This document shows, piece after piece, positions 10,452 through 21,307 of a DNA stretch of 64,000 nucleotides. A model generated the notes under the pieces. That model ran no database searches. It saw only the letters and a list, made by a program, of their open reading frames with translations, and was not told the origin of the DNA. Source of the DNA: Candidatus Bathyarchaeota archaeon (GTDB lineage Archaea; Thermoproteota; Bathyarchaeia; Bathyarchaeales; Bathycorpusculaceae). Location: NCBI GenBank assembly GCA_963717465.1, contig OY970340.1, positions 1,344,001 through 1,408,000 of the forward strand, in the 5' to 3' direction. Within the stretch, counting starts at the first letter, position 1. Every line of letters begins with the position of its first letter. The position numbers were made by a program, and so were the translations under genes.

Positions 10452-12119
10452 ATGTCCAAATCTAAGGTGAATTCAAAACCCGTTTTAATTCTAAGAGAAG
10501 GCGCCAGCAGCCATGGAAAAGATGCTCAGTTAAGCAGCATAAGAGCTGCTCGTGCTGTTTCTGAGGTCCTGAAAAGTTCGCTTGGGCCAAAAGGAATGGA
10601 CAAGATGTTGGTGAATAATTTTGGCGATATAATCATTACTAATGATGGTCGTAAGATGATTCAGGAAATGGATCTTCAGCATCCTGCGGCTAGAATGTTG
10701 GTTGATGTTGCTCAAGCGGTTGATAATGAAGTGGGGGATGGTACCACAAGCAGTGTTGTAATAGCCGGCGAGCTTCTAGCAAAGGCTGAGCAGTTAATCA
10801 GTAAGGGAATACATCCAACGATTATTATTGATGGTTATGAGAAAGCGTCTGTCAAAGCTTTGGAGGCACTTGAAAGCATAGCTATCCCATTGACTATTGA
10901 GGATAAGGATGGGCTAGAAAAGATAGCCGCCACCGCATTAGAAAGCAAAATAATTGCCAATCTCAAAGAATCCCTGTCAAAGATTGTTGTGTCAGCGATT
11001 CTTAGCGTTAAACGCGAAGTTGATGGACTAAACATAGCTGATCTGAGCGATGTTATGGTGGAGAAAAAGCTAGGTGAATCGCTGGCAAGCACAAGATTAG
11101 TCAAAGGAGTGATCGTTAACAAAGAGTTGCTTCATCCAGCCATGCCCAAACAAGTCAAAAAGGCGAAAATTGCCCTAATTGATAGGGCGCTGGATATTGA
11201 AAAAGTGCAGTTTGATTCCAAGCTGATGATTGAAAATCCAGAGCAAATGGAAGAATTCATTAAACATGAAGAAGCAATCATTGGACGATTAGTTGATAAG
11301 ATTGCAAATTCAGGTGCTAACGTTCTCATTTTGCAGGAAGACCTGAATAAAATAGCATATTACCTCTTAGCGAAGAAAGGGATAGCTGCAATTAGACGGG
11401 TTAAACAGCCATTAATGAGAAGCATATCCAAAGCCACTGGTGCACATATCGTATCAGATTTTGATGTCTTATCTGAGAAAGACTTAGGCTACGCAGAGCT
11501 AGTGGAAGAGAGAAAGATTGGTGATGACAAGATGCTTTTCATTGAGGAATGTAAAAACCCGAATTCTGTAACTATCCTAATTCGAGGGGCTAACAAGCGG
11601 GCCTTAGATGAAGCTGAAAGATCAATCCATGATGCTCTATGCGTTGTACGGGATGTCATAAAAGAAGAAAAAATTGTTGCCGGTGGCGGAGCACCAGAAA
11701 TAGAAGCTGCAAAAGCAGTTAGAAAACTTGCATTTACTTTTGCTGGGAAGGAACAGCTTGCAGCAATGGCTTACGCGGAGGCTCTTGAAATTGTGCCAGA
11801 GGTTCTCTCAGAAAATGCAGGCTTGAGCCCGATCGATATTCTGCAGGAACTGAGAAACCGTCATGAAAAAAATGAATTATGGGCTGGAGTCAACGTGTTT
11901 GAAGGAAAAGTTCAGGATATGAAAGCTCTTGCAGTCTACGAGCCATTATCCGTCAAAAAACAGGTCGTGAAATCTGCTACTGAAGCAGCTGTAATGATCC
12001 TTAAAGTTGACGAGTTAGTTTCTACAAAAAAGCCGCTTAAAAGAGAAGAGCCCCCTAAAGGCGGACGTGCAAGAGAAGAATATCTGCGTGAACGCATGAA
12101 AACATTTCCAATGTTCTAA
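10452..12119 (+). CDS. Thermosome (group II chaperonin) subunit
   Basis: LGPKGMDKM, ITNDG, EVGDGTTS, VAGGGAPE, YEPLSVKKQ. Confidence 0.95.
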   Translation: MSKSKVNSKPVLILREGASSHGKDAQLSSIRAARAVSEVLKSSLGPKGMDKMLVNNFGDIIITNDGRKMIQEMDLQHPAARMLVDVAQAVDNEVGDGTTSSVVIAGELLAKAEQLISKGIHPTIIIDGYEKASVKALEALESIAIPLTIEDKDGLEKIAATALESKIIANLKESLSKIVVSAILSVKREVDGLNIADLSDVMVEKKLGESLASTRLVKGVIVNKELLHPAMPKQVKKAKIALIDRALDIEKVQFDSKLMIENPEQMEEFIKHEEAIIGRLVDKIANSGANVLILQEDLNKIAYYLLAKKGIAAIRRVKQPLMRSISKATGAHIVSDFDVLSEKDLGYAELVEERKIGDDKMLFIEECKNPNSVTILIRGANKRALDEAERSIHDALCVVRDVIKEEKIVAGGGAPEIEAAKAVRKLAFTFAGKEQLAAMAYAEALEIVPEVLSENAGLSPIDILQELRNRHEKNELWAGVNVFEGKVQDMKALAVYEPLSVKKQVVKSATEAAVMILKVDELVSTKKPLKREEPPKGGRAREEYLRERMKTFPMF

Positions 12120-12276
12120 CAGAATATTCCCGACTAAACTAAGTCCAAATCCGATAGCTTAAGCCTGTGGAGAGAAAAAAGAATAAGTATTTCATTTTGG
12201 TGGTATTGCGCTTGCCCAACAAATAGCTAGAAGTTCATCCGCTTGTTGTCGTTGCGGTGCAATCACATATTCTTAA

Positions 12277-12552
12277 TTGCTATTCAAAGGGTTAATTAAT
12301 CTAAGAGCTAAAATGGCTATCAACACAAATTTTGAAATTGTACCTAATATTATCCGTTTTTGTGAAAACCCAAAAAATAAGGATAGAATTATGACCAGAC
12401 TAAATTTGAATGATGTTCAAGTACACGCATATTTGGCAATTCTCACTCAAAGTTTGCTCGTTCAAAATAATGGTAAATACGTCATTACGATGAGTGGAAA
12501 AAGTTACATTTACTCCATCGATAGATCGCTGGCAGTTCAAACTTTTTTCTGA
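12277..12552 (+). CDS. Small winged-helix protein (archaeal HTH_45-like)
   Basis: PKNKDRIM..LNLN...YLAIL...LL...GKYVIT.SG pattern. Confidence 0.55.
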   Translation: MLFKGLINLRAKMAINTNFEIVPNIIRFCENPKNKDRIMTRLNLNDVQVHAYLAILTQSLLVQNNGKYVITMSGKSYIYSIDRSLAVQTFF

Positions 12553-12799
12553 TTTGTTCCAGCGTGCTTTTTTCCGCTTAATACGTCTTATACTTAGTAA
12601 AAAATGTCCCTATCTCGTTGGCAAGAATTATTAAATTCTTGTATCACAATTTTTTGGACTACCAGATTTTTAGAAGAAAAACGGTAGCCCTCTTTTTATG
12701 AAAAACATTCCAGACATTGTCCCCCTCCAACACGTACACAGGAAGAAAGAACCATCTTTTTGTTTGTGTGTCAATGTGTAAGAGTTAAAGTCAGTGATC

Positions 12800-12818
12800 G
12801 GATTAAATTTTAGTCCAA
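12800..12818 (+). repeat. Copy 1 of 19-bp quasi-palindromic direct repeat GGATTAAATTTTAGTCCAA
   Basis: Identical to 17748-17766; both followed by CCAACCAAC. Confidence 0.8.
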
Positions 12819-13136
12819 ACCAACCAACCAATGCAAATGGGGTTGGATGTACAGGTTGGACGGAGAATATATAGAGGGGGACACAAGGGTGTGTGTTCGC
12901 TACAGGGGAGACGAGCATCTGGAAAAAAAATATCGAACTAACGCATTTTCCGGGGGAAAAATACGTTTAAGCGGTATTTTTTTCGGATGGACAGGTTCTT
13001 GCGCTTTTTTCGTGGAAGGGGTCAGAAAAAGCGCTTATACCTCTGCTCGGTTATCATCATTATCATAAGAAGAAGTAGTAGTAATACCATTACTAATAGA
13101 AACTTGTAATATGTAATACACCTTCCATTCCTGGGA

Positions 13137-13238
13137 TGTGGTACGAATCTTAGTTTGTACCACAAATTTAAAATGTGTTACAAATTAAGATTGTATTACA
13201 AACATGATTTTGTAGCACAGAACAGGAAATGTGGCATG
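13137..13238. repeat. Array of six TGT-N3-ACA-like sites at 18-19 bp spacing
   Basis: Starts at 13137, 13156, 13174, 13192, 13211, 13230. Confidence 0.65.
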
Positions 13239-13653
13239 GAAAGGGGCAGACTAAAAAAATTTTATAGATAGAGATTAATTAAAATTTTTAATTAAACCCT
13301 ATGCATGTCTTAAAAAGTCGGATTAAAAAAAGAGTAGCGGGTTAAAATAATTCAGAAACAGACAGTTTTAGTAAAACCTATAATGTCTACAGATAAATGG
13401 TTTTTACTAAATGTAAGGCCGCCAAAGGTTCACTTTTTCCCTCGGCACACGGCTATTTGAAATTGATACTTGCGATACGCGCACTAATCAACGAAGAAGT
13501 TCTGCTATTAGCAAAATATCTTAGACCTGAAACGAAAGAATGGACACCAAGAATTCCTGCAATTAGATAAAGCGTGCGTCACGTCTGTTACGATATTTTG
13601 TTACAAACTAGTTTTTATTAAATTTTTTTGGGACTGGTTTAAGTGGTGATACT

Positions 13654-14019
13654 ATGTCAAAGTTTAAAAAAAAATCTCCACAAGAGAAGGCTGATGAGCA
13701 AATTGAGAGATTGAAGGCAAAAATAAATGCTGCTGCAAGCCAAATAAAAGGATTTGATAATGCTTTTGTCTATAATTGTACTGACGCACCTGAAGCATAT
13801 CTTATATCGATAGGCAAAGACGGTTCAGTTGAAAAAATCGAAAAAGGCCCTGCCGAAGATTTAAAGGAAAAGGGAATAGCTACAATCAGCTCCACTATTG
13901 ACGATTTTAAGGCACAACTAGATGGTCAACTAGCTCCTATAGCAGGCATCCAAGCTGGTGTAATTCGCGTTGATGGTTCTATGGATGTTCTAATGAAACT
14001 AGCACCAGCATTAATGTAG
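13654..14019 (+). CDS. SCP2 sterol/lipid-binding domain protein
   Basis: DGQLAPIAGIQAGVIRVDGSMDVLMKL matches the SCP2 C-terminal pattern. Confidence 0.8.
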   Translation: MSKFKKKSPQEKADEQIERLKAKINAAASQIKGFDNAFVYNCTDAPEAYLISIGKDGSVEKIEKGPAEDLKEKGIATISSTIDDFKAQLDGQLAPIAGIQAGVIRVDGSMDVLMKLAPALM

Positions 14020-14127
14020 TAGGCATTTCAATTTACTCTTTTTTTTGCCGTATTTCAGTCATCGATTCACTTTACTAGCGTGTTAATAGGAAAATTTATT
14101 GAAAAAATTGGTTAACTAAGATAAATC

Positions 14128-14592
14128 CTAACTACTCGGAACAGTTTTTACGAATTTGTTTTCTTCTTCGGCTTTTTCAGCGTCTATTTTATACCATTCT
14201 AACGCTTTATCTCCAGTTAAAAGGTTGCTTAGTTCCGCATCATAGTTGGAAGGTTTAATTATTGCAAGCCAGCCTTTTTCCCAAGGATCATCAACAAATG
14301 CATTAGCACCTATGCGATCAATCTCTGGATTGGTTGCAATAACCGTACCCGAAACGGGAGAAACAATTGGTCCAGTGTATTTGCGAGATTCGATAACTCC
14401 GACTTTTTTCTTTTGCTTTACGATAGTTCCTTCGTCAACCATTTTGATGAAATAAATTTCATGGGCTCCTCTTGCGACAACTTCGTCGAAACCAATTCTT
14501 ACATTGCCATCTTGTTCCTTTTTAACCCAGACATGATCAGTGTTATAGTATAGTTCAGGCTTAAATTCGAAACCAAATACTTTTGTCATCAA
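14128..14592 (-). CDS. gcvH: Glycine cleavage H-like lipoyl carrier protein
   Basis: YYNTDHVWV, IESRKYTGPIVSPVSG (lipoyl Lys retained), DPWEKGWL. Confidence 0.88.
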   Translation of the reverse strand: MMTKVFGFEFKPELYYNTDHVWVKKEQDGNVRIGFDEVVARGAHEIYFIKMVDEGTIVKQKKKVGVIESRKYTGPIVSPVSGTVIATNPEIDRIGANAFVDDPWEKGWLAIIKPSNYDAELSNLLTGDKALEWYKIDAEKAEEENKFVKTVPSS

Positions 14593-14634
14593 ATCACTCT
14601 CTTCATCGTCATTATTAAAATAAAAAAATGGTGA

Positions 14635-15897
14635 TTATTTCAAAGGTAGTTTGAATAACTCCTTTTCTAATTTCAGCGTTAAATCAATCTTTTCAACTGG
14701 GGTCTGTACATCATAATTGTTGTGTATACTCACTCGTTGTCCTTTTGTTGTTGCTTTTGCACTGTTTACAATTCTCATTAGCTCATTTTTGATATCATCT
14801 GGACTTCCATTAAGGACTGTTCGAGTAGCAGGATAGGTCATTAGTACGACATTTGGATAGTTATTGAGCGTTTCGAAGCCTTGTTCAATTGCACCACTTG
14901 TTTCTGCGAACATAACTCCGCCACCGCCATTTTCTTGCATACATGAACCACAAGCTTCTAGAGTACCTTTTGGACCACCTAAAGCTGTATATGGATACCA
15001 ACCCTTATCGGTAACGTATCTTATGCTTGCACCATAGTGTTCATCGAAATTCTTCTTGAATTCATCAGCTGTCATATAACCTCCAGCGCCATCGCACCAC
15101 CAAACAATGTTACCTTTACCGTTATCATCTAATTGATCCCCAAGTATTGGAAGCATTATATCGATTCTTCTGTGAAGCACAGCAGTTGCACATTTGAAAG
15201 CTAAAGTAGCCAATTCTGGATCAGTTCTTACAGCAAGCAAGAATTCCTTAATGCCTAGCAAGAAGCCTGCGGCGCTAATTTGACCAGGGCAACATGCACC
15301 CCAAACAGAGAATTGGTCGCCTAAGTGTTTGATTCGCATTTTGGTGACCCACATGTTCACTGGGAATAAGCCTTGTTTTGCTGGGTCAGGTAAATTATCT
15401 AATAGAATTGTAGATCTTCTTTTGTTTTAGCGAACGGTTCAACCTGTAATGGTGGACCATGCTCTACAAAACGGAATTTCCGGCTAAGAATATCTTCACC
15501 AAAGGTAACTGGAGAAGAATACAAAGAATCCATTGGAAATCTAGGCATAAAACATTACCTCGCAAATCCACATGAGTGCGGGATTATTTAGTATGTCTTT
15601 CTGTGAAATAACTGGCGGTGATGGGGCAAAAGAGTCTATAACGCGACCAATGAGGTTTTGAGTTACAGAGAAAGTTGCTGGAATATGATCGACTTGTTGA
15701 TCTGTATAGAAGTTTTTAGCTACCAACTCTCTTGGATTGTACTTTTCCTTCTTTATTCTTTCTAAGACTTTTAATCGAGCTTTCTCTATAATTAATTCTT
15801 CGTATTCATTGAAACTAACTCCAATGTTTTTTGCATTCCATGTCTTTGGATAATCACCGTTTACTTCCTTCGCGTCCCATTGAATTACATCTTTCAT
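14635..15897 (-). CDS. UroD/MtaA-like (methyltransferase 2-like) TIM-barrel protein, frameshifted near 15540 and 15410
   Basis: Pieces 15541-15897, an intermediate frame (EHGPPLQVEP) and 14635-15360 are collinear with paralog 30979-32241. Confidence 0.75.
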
Positions 15898-15899
15898 TT

Positions 15900-16622
15900 T
15901 TAACCACCTCCCTTTGATTTTTGTTCTTTTAGTATTCGCATTAATTCACTAACTTTTTTGAGTGCATCCTCAGTTTGTGCACCAAATGCATCTATTTTGT
16001 AAGTTTCTACGTCACCGTAAGAAGCGGCTTGCCCACCATCAATGATTTTTATTTTGTCTCGTATTCCAGCCTTTTCACATTCCTCTGTCACGCTACCTAT
16101 GCCTACTCTGGCCATTCCCATTGAGCAACTGATACCAATTATATCGGCTTTTTTCATCTTGGCTTTTATAGCAAAAACTTTTGGAGGAATATCATAGCCC
16201 AGATCAATTACTTCATAGCCTGCTGCAGCTAACATAGATCCGATAATTTGTCGTCCGATATCATGCACATCTCCCTCAATGGTGCCCAGAATAACTCTGC
16301 CTAGGTTAGCTGCATTGCTATATTTCTTGGCTAATTCTGGCCTTAACACATTTGAGCAGGCAGTAAGACATTCTCCAATCATTATTAAATCAGATAACAT
16401 TATGGGATTTTCATCTTCCTTTGTTTTTGTTTTTTCTTCAAAAATAGTCGCCGAATAATCCCTTTTTGTGATTTCTTTAGTCCAATCGAGCAGATTCTTT
16501 TCAAGCAGATCCATAGGGTCAGCGCCTAAGCCCAAAGCTTTCTGTGTTAATTCTGCACATTTTTTAGGGTCTTGCGCGTAAAAAGCATCTTTTAGTTCTT
16601 TTATTGCTGATTCAACGGACAT
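15900..16622 (-). CDS. Corrinoid (cobalamin-binding) protein
   Basis: GTIEGDVHDIG (DxHxxG), DLGYDIPP, IIDGG. Confidence 0.92.
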   Translation of the reverse strand: MSVESAIKELKDAFYAQDPKKCAELTQKALGLGADPMDLLEKNLLDWTKEITKRDYSATIFEEKTKTKEDENPIMLSDLIMIGECLTACSNVLRPELAKKYSNAANLGRVILGTIEGDVHDIGRQIIGSMLAAAGYEVIDLGYDIPPKVFAIKAKMKKADIIGISCSMGMARVGIGSVTEECEKAGIRDKIKIIDGGQAASYGDVETYKIDAFGAQTEDALKKVSELMRILKEQKSKGGG

Positions 16623-16683
16623 ACTGCTTATCCTCTTTAATCTTATCGACAGGCTAGAAAATGCAAAAATAATTTATAGAGAA

Positions 16684-17598
16684 TTGTTTATATCAAAAGT
16701 TACAGATAGGTCGAAAAAATTGAATGCTCTAAGAGGGAGTAGTATTAGCAAAGATTTGATCGTAAATACTCTTTCAAAAATGGGCTTAAATGAGAAAGAA
16801 GCAGAACTCTATATTCTTCTTGTTAGGTCTGGACCAAAGATGGCAAAAGACCTTAATAATATAATGAAATGTAATAGAGTGCATTTATATCGTATGCTTA
16901 AAGATCTTCAGATGAAGGGCTTGGTTGAATCCACTCTTGATTTTCCAGCCGAATTTAACGCTGTTAAACCAAGGATAGCAATTGACTTGTTTTTAAGTTC
17001 AAAGAAGAAAGAACTCAATTTAATTCAGAAGAACAAGGCACAAATAATTGCATCTTTAGAAGAAATTCAAGCGGAAGAGCCTCTGACAACAATAGGGAAA
17101 TTTGCTGTTATTGAAGGGATGGATTCGCTTGTTTCAAAAAGCTTGCAGATGTCCAAGGAGACCAAAAAGGAGCTTTTATTGGCTCATGACAAATTAGCTT
17201 GGATGATTGAAGACTTTGCTGGTGATTTCGGTGTTCATTTGAGAAATGCAAAGAAAGCACGAGCGTATGTAAGGCTATTAACAACATCAGCTAAAGATAA
17301 TCTACAAATGGTAAATCAAATACGTGCAAAGAATAAATCATTGGAAAATTCTTTTGTTGTGAGGGTTCTTGACTTAGAACCATCACTATTTCAAGATTAT
17401 TTAATAAGGGATGAGGAAGAAATCCTTTTCAGTTTGACTCCTTATGAAGACCTAAAAGTAACGAAATCATCTGAGTACAAAGGATTATGGACAAATAATC
17501 GACAATTTGTACGATCTATGAAAATGCTTTTTGAGAAAAACTGGAAAGAAGCACACGAAATTAAAAGTCTTAGTGAGAAGGGTATTGTGAGCAGTTAG
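16684..17598 (+). CDS. TrmB family transcriptional regulator
   Basis: GLNEKEAELY...LYRMLKDLQMKGLVE..PAEF; IRDEEE, LWTNN. Confidence 0.9.
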   Translation: MFISKVTDRSKKLNALRGSSISKDLIVNTLSKMGLNEKEAELYILLVRSGPKMAKDLNNIMKCNRVHLYRMLKDLQMKGLVESTLDFPAEFNAVKPRIAIDLFLSSKKKELNLIQKNKAQIIASLEEIQAEEPLTTIGKFAVIEGMDSLVSKSLQMSKETKKELLLAHDKLAWMIEDFAGDFGVHLRNAKKARAYVRLLTTSAKDNLQMVNQIRAKNKSLENSFVVRVLDLEPSLFQDYLIRDEEEILFSLTPYEDLKVTKSSEYKGLWTNNRQFVRSMKMLFEKNWKEAHEIKSLSEKGIVSS

Positions 17599-17730
17599 TT
17601 AGAACTTCCCATATGAATATTCATATGTCTGTTTGCTTATTTTGCAATTATAATTGTATGTAATTGTAATTGTGTTAGTGGAGGAGTATGTGTAAGTGAA
17701 AAGAAGTCATAGTCGGTGAGTCGTAGAAGT

Positions 17731-17773
17731 TTGGTTTTGGTTTGGTTGGATTAAATTTTAGTCCAACCAACCA
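17731..17773. repeat. Hairpin/inverted repeat containing copy 2 (17748-17766) of the 19-bp repeat
   Basis: TTGGTTTGGTTGGA-TTAAATTTTAG-TCCAACCAACCAA. Confidence 0.75.
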
Positions 17774-18410
17774 ACAACACCGTATAACATACACAAAAAC
17801 AGAGTGCGTGCTTGCAGAGACTGTTAAGTTAGAATATGACTTCTTGTTTCATAAATGCTATCTTTATTTATCCACACAGCATAACTGCAGAGTTGAAGTG
17901 AATTGAGTTCGAAAAAGAAAAGTATCCTTTCAAAGAAAACAATGTTTAGTGTAAATCGTTTCCGTACTGGTTCACAACGAATTATAGATACCACAATGAA
18001 AGCCAAGGCTGATCGATCAGCGATTGCAAGGAAAGCTGTAGCGCACAGAAAAAAATGCGCACACGCTATGGTTTAGCACTCAACAAGCTACCTCAATTTT
18101 TTTAACTATAAATCTACATTAAACAGTAGTTTGCCAAGTGCGTTGCATCTCAAACGGTAATAACTTCAGCCTGTTAGCATGCACTTTTGGGTTTGGGATT
18201 AAAGCGTGCGCTTCAATGGTTTTTTTGAGAGAGAGTTAACTTGGCATTTAGCTTAAATTAACAATCATTCTCTATTTTTAAATAGAGCTTTCTCAAACTT
18301 GTCAAAGACTAATGCTGCAAGTCGGTTACGGCTTCCTCTTGGAAAGATCGGAGGCTTAAAAAATAAATAAAAAATTTTCGATTGTTTTTGTTGTAATAAT
18401 TGGGCTCTCC

Positions 18411-19097
18411 TTGTTTGTGGTAGCACTGTTCAGATTACCTAACTGGGATTTTTTTTCGAACGTCACTAATGCCACAAATACATGCGTTAGTTCGGGTGCA
18501 AGCCAGAGTTTAAGCAATGGCGTAGCGCACTTTATCGTTCCGTCGCCTGAAGCAGGAAATTACAGTTATTCGTATCTGCAGAAAAGCGGGTTTACCTCAA
18601 CAGCCAATAGTACCATCACTGCGACCGAAGATGTCTATATTTCTGATGTTCCCAACAGTTACAGGCAAGGCACTGATGCAATATTCTTTTTCTACATTGT
18701 AGATCCGATTGAGGGTGCAAACAGCGGCAACATTGCGGTTGGAATAGACGGTTCAGGCGTTTGGTCGTTATGGATAGGTGGTCACTCACTTTATAATTAT
18801 GTTTTCCAAGCGGTAGGTAATTCTCCAGAGAATGCCACATGGTATCATATCGTTTTATTAGTCAATAATTCTGCCCGAACTGTGACTCTTCAAGCAAACG
18901 GGACAACAGTCATTACAGCAGAACAAAACCAATTCACCAATAAAACGCATCCCATTAGCCTCTGGGTCGGTATCGGTGAAGACTGGTGGTGTAACGGTCC
19001 TAAACTTCTAGAATTAGATGTTACTAACGTAAAGTTGGAAATTTCCCAAGGTTTAACATCAACATATTCAACACTTTGGTATCGCGCGTATACTTAA
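18411..19097 (+). CDS. Secreted beta-sandwich (LamG/ConA-like) hypothetical protein
   Basis: Hydrophobic N-terminus, Ser/Thr/Asn-rich, TWYHIVLLV..VTLQANG motif. Confidence 0.5.
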   Translation: MFVVALFRLPNWDFFSNVTNATNTCVSSGASQSLSNGVAHFIVPSPEAGNYSYSYLQKSGFTSTANSTITATEDVYISDVPNSYRQGTDAIFFFYIVDPIEGANSGNIAVGIDGSGVWSLWIGGHSLYNYVFQAVGNSPENATWYHIVLLVNNSARTVTLQANGTTVITAEQNQFTNKTHPISLWVGIGEDWWCNGPKLLELDVTNVKLEISQGLTSTYSTLWYRAYT

Positions 19098-19286
19098 GAG
19101 GTAATCGAACGTTCCTGTTTTTTTTATCTACAATGCTCTATATCTTTGGTATAAAGAATGCTAGTTGTTCTCACTCTGAAATACGATAGTCGCTAAGAGC
19201 AATAACACTCACCCATAAGAAATATTTATCAGAATATACTTCTTGTATTATCATAAGAACAATTTTTTTAACGTCGAAATGATCTG

Positions 19287-20414
19287 ATGTTTTTAAAACG
19301 TTGGATCATTTTTGCATGGATATTTTTGGTTCTTCTTTTGTTCTTTAGCGAAGTCTTATTTTGTCAATTATCAACCAGCCAGTTGGTAGCACAAGAGAGT
19401 TTCACTTTGCCCTGCACTGTTGCTATGTATGGGAACGCTTGGGATGGCGTAATTGCCTTTGGATTGTCTGGACCCAGTAACTACTTGGTAGTCATGAGCA
19501 CCCAACGGTACCTTGCTGACTTATCACACTTCCAAGCGGCGTTATGGCGTTGCCAAGAACAATGCTACCGATAGCCTTCTCTTTCAAGGCGAACCTCAAG
19601 TTGATGGCGCCACAACAGCTCCAATTTATGCTACACATATCTGGAACTTTACTTCAAATAGTATCCAATCTTTTCCGAATGTTACTGGACACCACGAAAT
19701 TGATTATGACCCAGTTAACAATACTTTCCTAACTTTACAGAATTATGTCCGAAAGGTTGGAAATAATTCCTATCTTATTGATAAAATTGTGCAGTTTGAC
19801 GTATCGGGTAATGTTCTCTGGCGTTGGGATGCATACGACTATATACCTCTAAGCGAGTCTGATCCATTTAATCTAACCTCCACACTTAACGGAAAGACTG
19901 TGATTGATTTTACGCATGCGAATTCTCTGATCTGGGATTACAACGATAGCATTATTTACCTGAACATTCGAAACACAAACACCTTCTACAAGATTAATCA
20001 AACAACCGGCAATGTAATTTGGGCATGTGGCCAATTTGGCAATTTTTTCCCTCGTAGATTCATGGAACGCAAGTCTCAAGTTTGTGGTACCACAGTCATG
20101 ACCTTGAACAAGTAGCTCCTGATGTTTTTACTGTGTTCAATAATGATTTTGATAACACAACTAATCCAAACAACGCTAGCAGTCAACTGATCGAGGTCTC
20201 ATTAAACGAGCAGAATTATACTGCCCGCGAAACCTTCAGTTGGACTGCACCTGAACAATATTACACTCAATATCTGGGCGCAGCCATAATATTGCCCGAT
20301 GGAGATTGGATGGGTGACTTTGGCAGCTCTACGCATGAATTTTCAGAGAATGCTCCTTGGGACTTCAATAACACAAGAGCAGTTATAGTTGAAGTAAACG
20401 GACTGGGCAAATAG
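19287..20414 (+). CDS. Arylsulfotransferase (ASST)-family secreted protein, split by two frameshifts
   Basis: GHHEI, DFTHANSL, YLNIRN, VIWACG, HSHD, VFNN motifs across ORFs 19287-19574, 19513-20115, 20082-20414. Confidence 0.8.
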
Positions 20415-20692
20415 TGAAAACCATAACATTTCCATCTGGCTGGTTGTTTTATCCATTGTGGTCATATTAGCAACCGTTTTATTCGTAGCAACGGTTATTT
20501 TCATATCAAGAAGAAAATCAGCTTAATCAAAAAGATTTTACTTCCGTTAAAGTTGATGGATCGCTCTTCTAAACACGACTAGAAAACAAGAAAATTACGC
20601 CTTTTGTTGAAGATGTGGCTAGCAAAAATTATGTTAAATAAAGAGTTGGCTGCTTTGAGAGGCGGGGAATTTCAGCAATTGTCTGGCTGTTT

Positions 20693-20968
20693 TTACTGAT
20701 TTGCGACTAGTTCGTCGAGTTCATTTATCACTACGCAACCATCATTTGCCGCCTTAGCCTTATTCCAATTAAAGACTGCAGTTTTCCAGTGTTCTATTTC
20801 TGAACTGGCCAACCTTTCTAAATCTCTGAGTTTTGTTTCGTCTACTTTGATTCCATTTACTGAAAGTGCCTGTTTGGGGTTTTTTAGTAGCAAAATTAGG
20901 AATACTTTGTTATCAAGAGCCATTTTGAATTCTGTCACCAATATCACCTCCGTCAGGATTGTACTCAA
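20693..20968 (-). CDS. Small hypothetical protein, weak NHLP/Os1348-leader-like similarity (true start likely ~20940)
   Basis: Strong SD GGAGGTGA at 20943-20950 on minus strand; F..LLLKNPKQAL...GI. Confidence 0.5.
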   Translation of the reverse strand: MSTILTEVILVTEFKMALDNKVFLILLLKNPKQALSVNGIKVDETKLRDLERLASSEIEHWKTAVFNWNKAKAANDGCVVINELDELVANQ

Positions 20969-21307
20969 ATTATGCTAGTTAGGAAAATTATTGGCACTTA
21001 ATTAAGTATTGTGTATTAATAAACAATATTTATGCTTTTAGCCCATACTACATATCGTTTTTTTTATGTTGTTTGTATCGCAATAAAAAATACTTTACCC
21101 TGAAGAATAAAACTTCGAGAACTGCTACAAATGAAAACAGACTTAAACAGTTAATTCCAATTTGTGTAATAAAAGTTTTCTTTTTTGCCTTTTTGTGGAA
21201 AAAAACTGAGTAGATTTTCCTTTTTGTAGAGAAAGACCTTTGGCTTCAGACGCTAAACTACAAATTCGGTAAAAACTATTACTTTATTCGAAAGTGAGGG
21301 AAAAAAT

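Noticed and set aside
12670..13068. ORFs 12670-12918 and 12847-13068
   Set aside because: Overlapping, low-complexity and motif-less, within a repeat-bearing intergenic region
13137..13238. CRISPR array
   Set aside because: Units are ~9 bp with ~10 bp spacers, far too short; no cas genes in the window
15541..15543. Pyrrolysine read-through of the TAG in the UroD/MtaA-like gene
   Set aside because: In-frame read-through hits TGA soon after; homology to the paralog continues in a shifted frame
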